DNA of 64,000 nucleotides, from positions 1 through 64,000 of IMG/VR virus record IMGVR_UViG_3300001683_000001, one strand, 5' to 3'. Made by a program: the position numbers and the translations under genes. Numbering within the stretch: position 1 is the first letter of the stretch; each line of letters opens with the position of its first letter. The notes beneath the pieces were generated by a model, which had not been told where the DNA came from, searched no databases, and worked only from the letters and a program-made list of their open reading frames with translations. Of this stretch, positions 60,868 to 64,000 are shown piece after piece. This DNA comes from a virus.

Positions 60868-61033
60868 ACGCCCGTAGAGCGCGTCGAGGGTATTTGGGCT
60901 GTATGGGGGCCTCGGAGGGCATAGACGCGCTCTATCACGCCGTAGGGAGGGTGTATGGGGCTGTTCAACGCCGCCTCCTACCCATCGAATCTCACAGAAT
61001 GGTGAATAGCCTCAAGAGTCCCTCAACAATCCA

Positions 61034-61333
61034 ATGGACACCATGATGGATTACAGCATCGTTTGGACAACGGCAGGGAAGGAGATGGTCGGCCACGACA
61101 TTCACGGTGACGAACTCATCAAGGTCACTACGGGTGGAACCCATTGGGATTTCATCTTCATTCGTCATGGAGGATTTGGGAAGGTCAGAGTAGGAGCAGG
61201 TTGTCGCTACAACCCTCTCGCTATGATTGAGCAGATGCACACCCATCTATTGAACGAGGACAGCATTGAAAACGACATCGAGATGAGCGACATCATTGAC
61301 TTCTCAAAATCCCTCAGACGCAGGTGGGGATGA
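61034..61333 (+). CDS. hypothetical protein
   Basis: TGAATAG box ~31 nt upstream. Confidence 0.55.
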   Translation: MDTMMDYSIVWTTAGKEMVGHDIHGDELIKVTTGGTHWDFIFIRHGGFGKVRVGAGCRYNPLAMIEQMHTHLLNEDSIENDIEMSDIIDFSKSLRRRWG

Positions 61334-61611
61334 TGCTCACTTGGGTCAGAGCAATTGGAGCCGCGACCCATCTATTCGCATACGGCTTGAATATGGAACT
61401 CCTTGCTCATCTCGTTGAGCATGAAGACAGGTGGGTGATGAACGCTGGCGGGAGGCAATTCACGGTAGCAGGGAATGGCTGTGCCGACCCTGTTGCATTC
61501 ATCGAGCAGATGGTATCTCCGACTTTGCCGAAGACCATTCACATCGAGGATTCGTGGATAGTTCAGTTCTACCCTCCCAATGGTGAATCGTGGGAAGTTT
61601 GGGGCGAGTGA
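61330..61611 (+). CDS. hypothetical protein, weakly similar to the upstream neighbour (G.GC..P.A.IEQM)
   Basis: ATGA overlap. Confidence 0.5.
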   Translation: MMLTWVRAIGAATHLFAYGLNMELLAHLVEHEDRWVMNAGGRQFTVAGNGCADPVAFIEQMVSPTLPKTIHIEDSWIVQFYPPNGESWEVWGE

Positions 61612-61656
61612 TTTCGCTTCCTAACATCGGCCTGATAACGGTGGGATTTCAACAAA

Positions 61657-61773
61657 ATGTTCTGTGGAACATGCCCGTCCCTCGCGGGCGCAGGTGCGCC
61701 CCCGCGTGCGCGCGCGCGCGTAGGCGCATGTCCGAGCGGATGCCCGCCCACGCACGCAGGGCGCGAGCGCGAG
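61657..61773. repeat. bipartite element with long (CG)n tract
   Basis: ATGTTCTGTGGAACAT, 8 bp, CTCGCG. Confidence 0.9.
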
Positions 61774-61828
61774 GTTCCCGACACCGTGAAAACCCGCCAA
61801 TCGTCAGACTATTGGTTGAGGTCAGGCT

Positions 61829-64000
<2,172 letters not shown>

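Overview
A 64-kb stretch of a tailed dsDNA virus of archaea (Caudoviricetes, siphovirus-like). It carries an HK97-type head/tail module (13.3-31.1 kb), a TerL, and a nearly complete archaeal-type replisome: MCM-like AAA+ helicase, RPA-like SSB, RFC small and large-like subunits, PolB, a PCNA-like clamp, a PriS-PriL fusion, an XPF/Hef nuclease and an XPD/DinG helicase. It also has a Sak4/Cas4-like recombination pair, a MoxR-vWA pair and a collagen-like fibre gene that runs off the right end. This gene set most resembles Marine Group II (Poseidoniales) 'magroviruses'; that host call is inference. The most unusual content is non-coding. (i) 22 copies of a 16-bp palindrome ATGTTC-N4-GAACAT occur every 0.5-6.5 kb, usually exactly 8 bp from a CTCGCG-(RY)n-CGCGAG Z-DNA-prone hairpin, and six copies sit in frame inside genes including PolB, primase and tape measure. 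(ii) Four paralogous 'early' gene cassettes share a ~70-bp promoter, junction signals and paralogous payloads and are bracketed by these elements. (iii) A second dispersed ~50-90 bp intergenic repeat family is present. (iv) At least three promoter classes sit 30-32 nt upstream of (leaderless) ATGs. (v) A candidate origin plus structured ncRNAs lies at 4.7-5.2 kb. All protein calls come from motif recognition by eye; no database searches were run.
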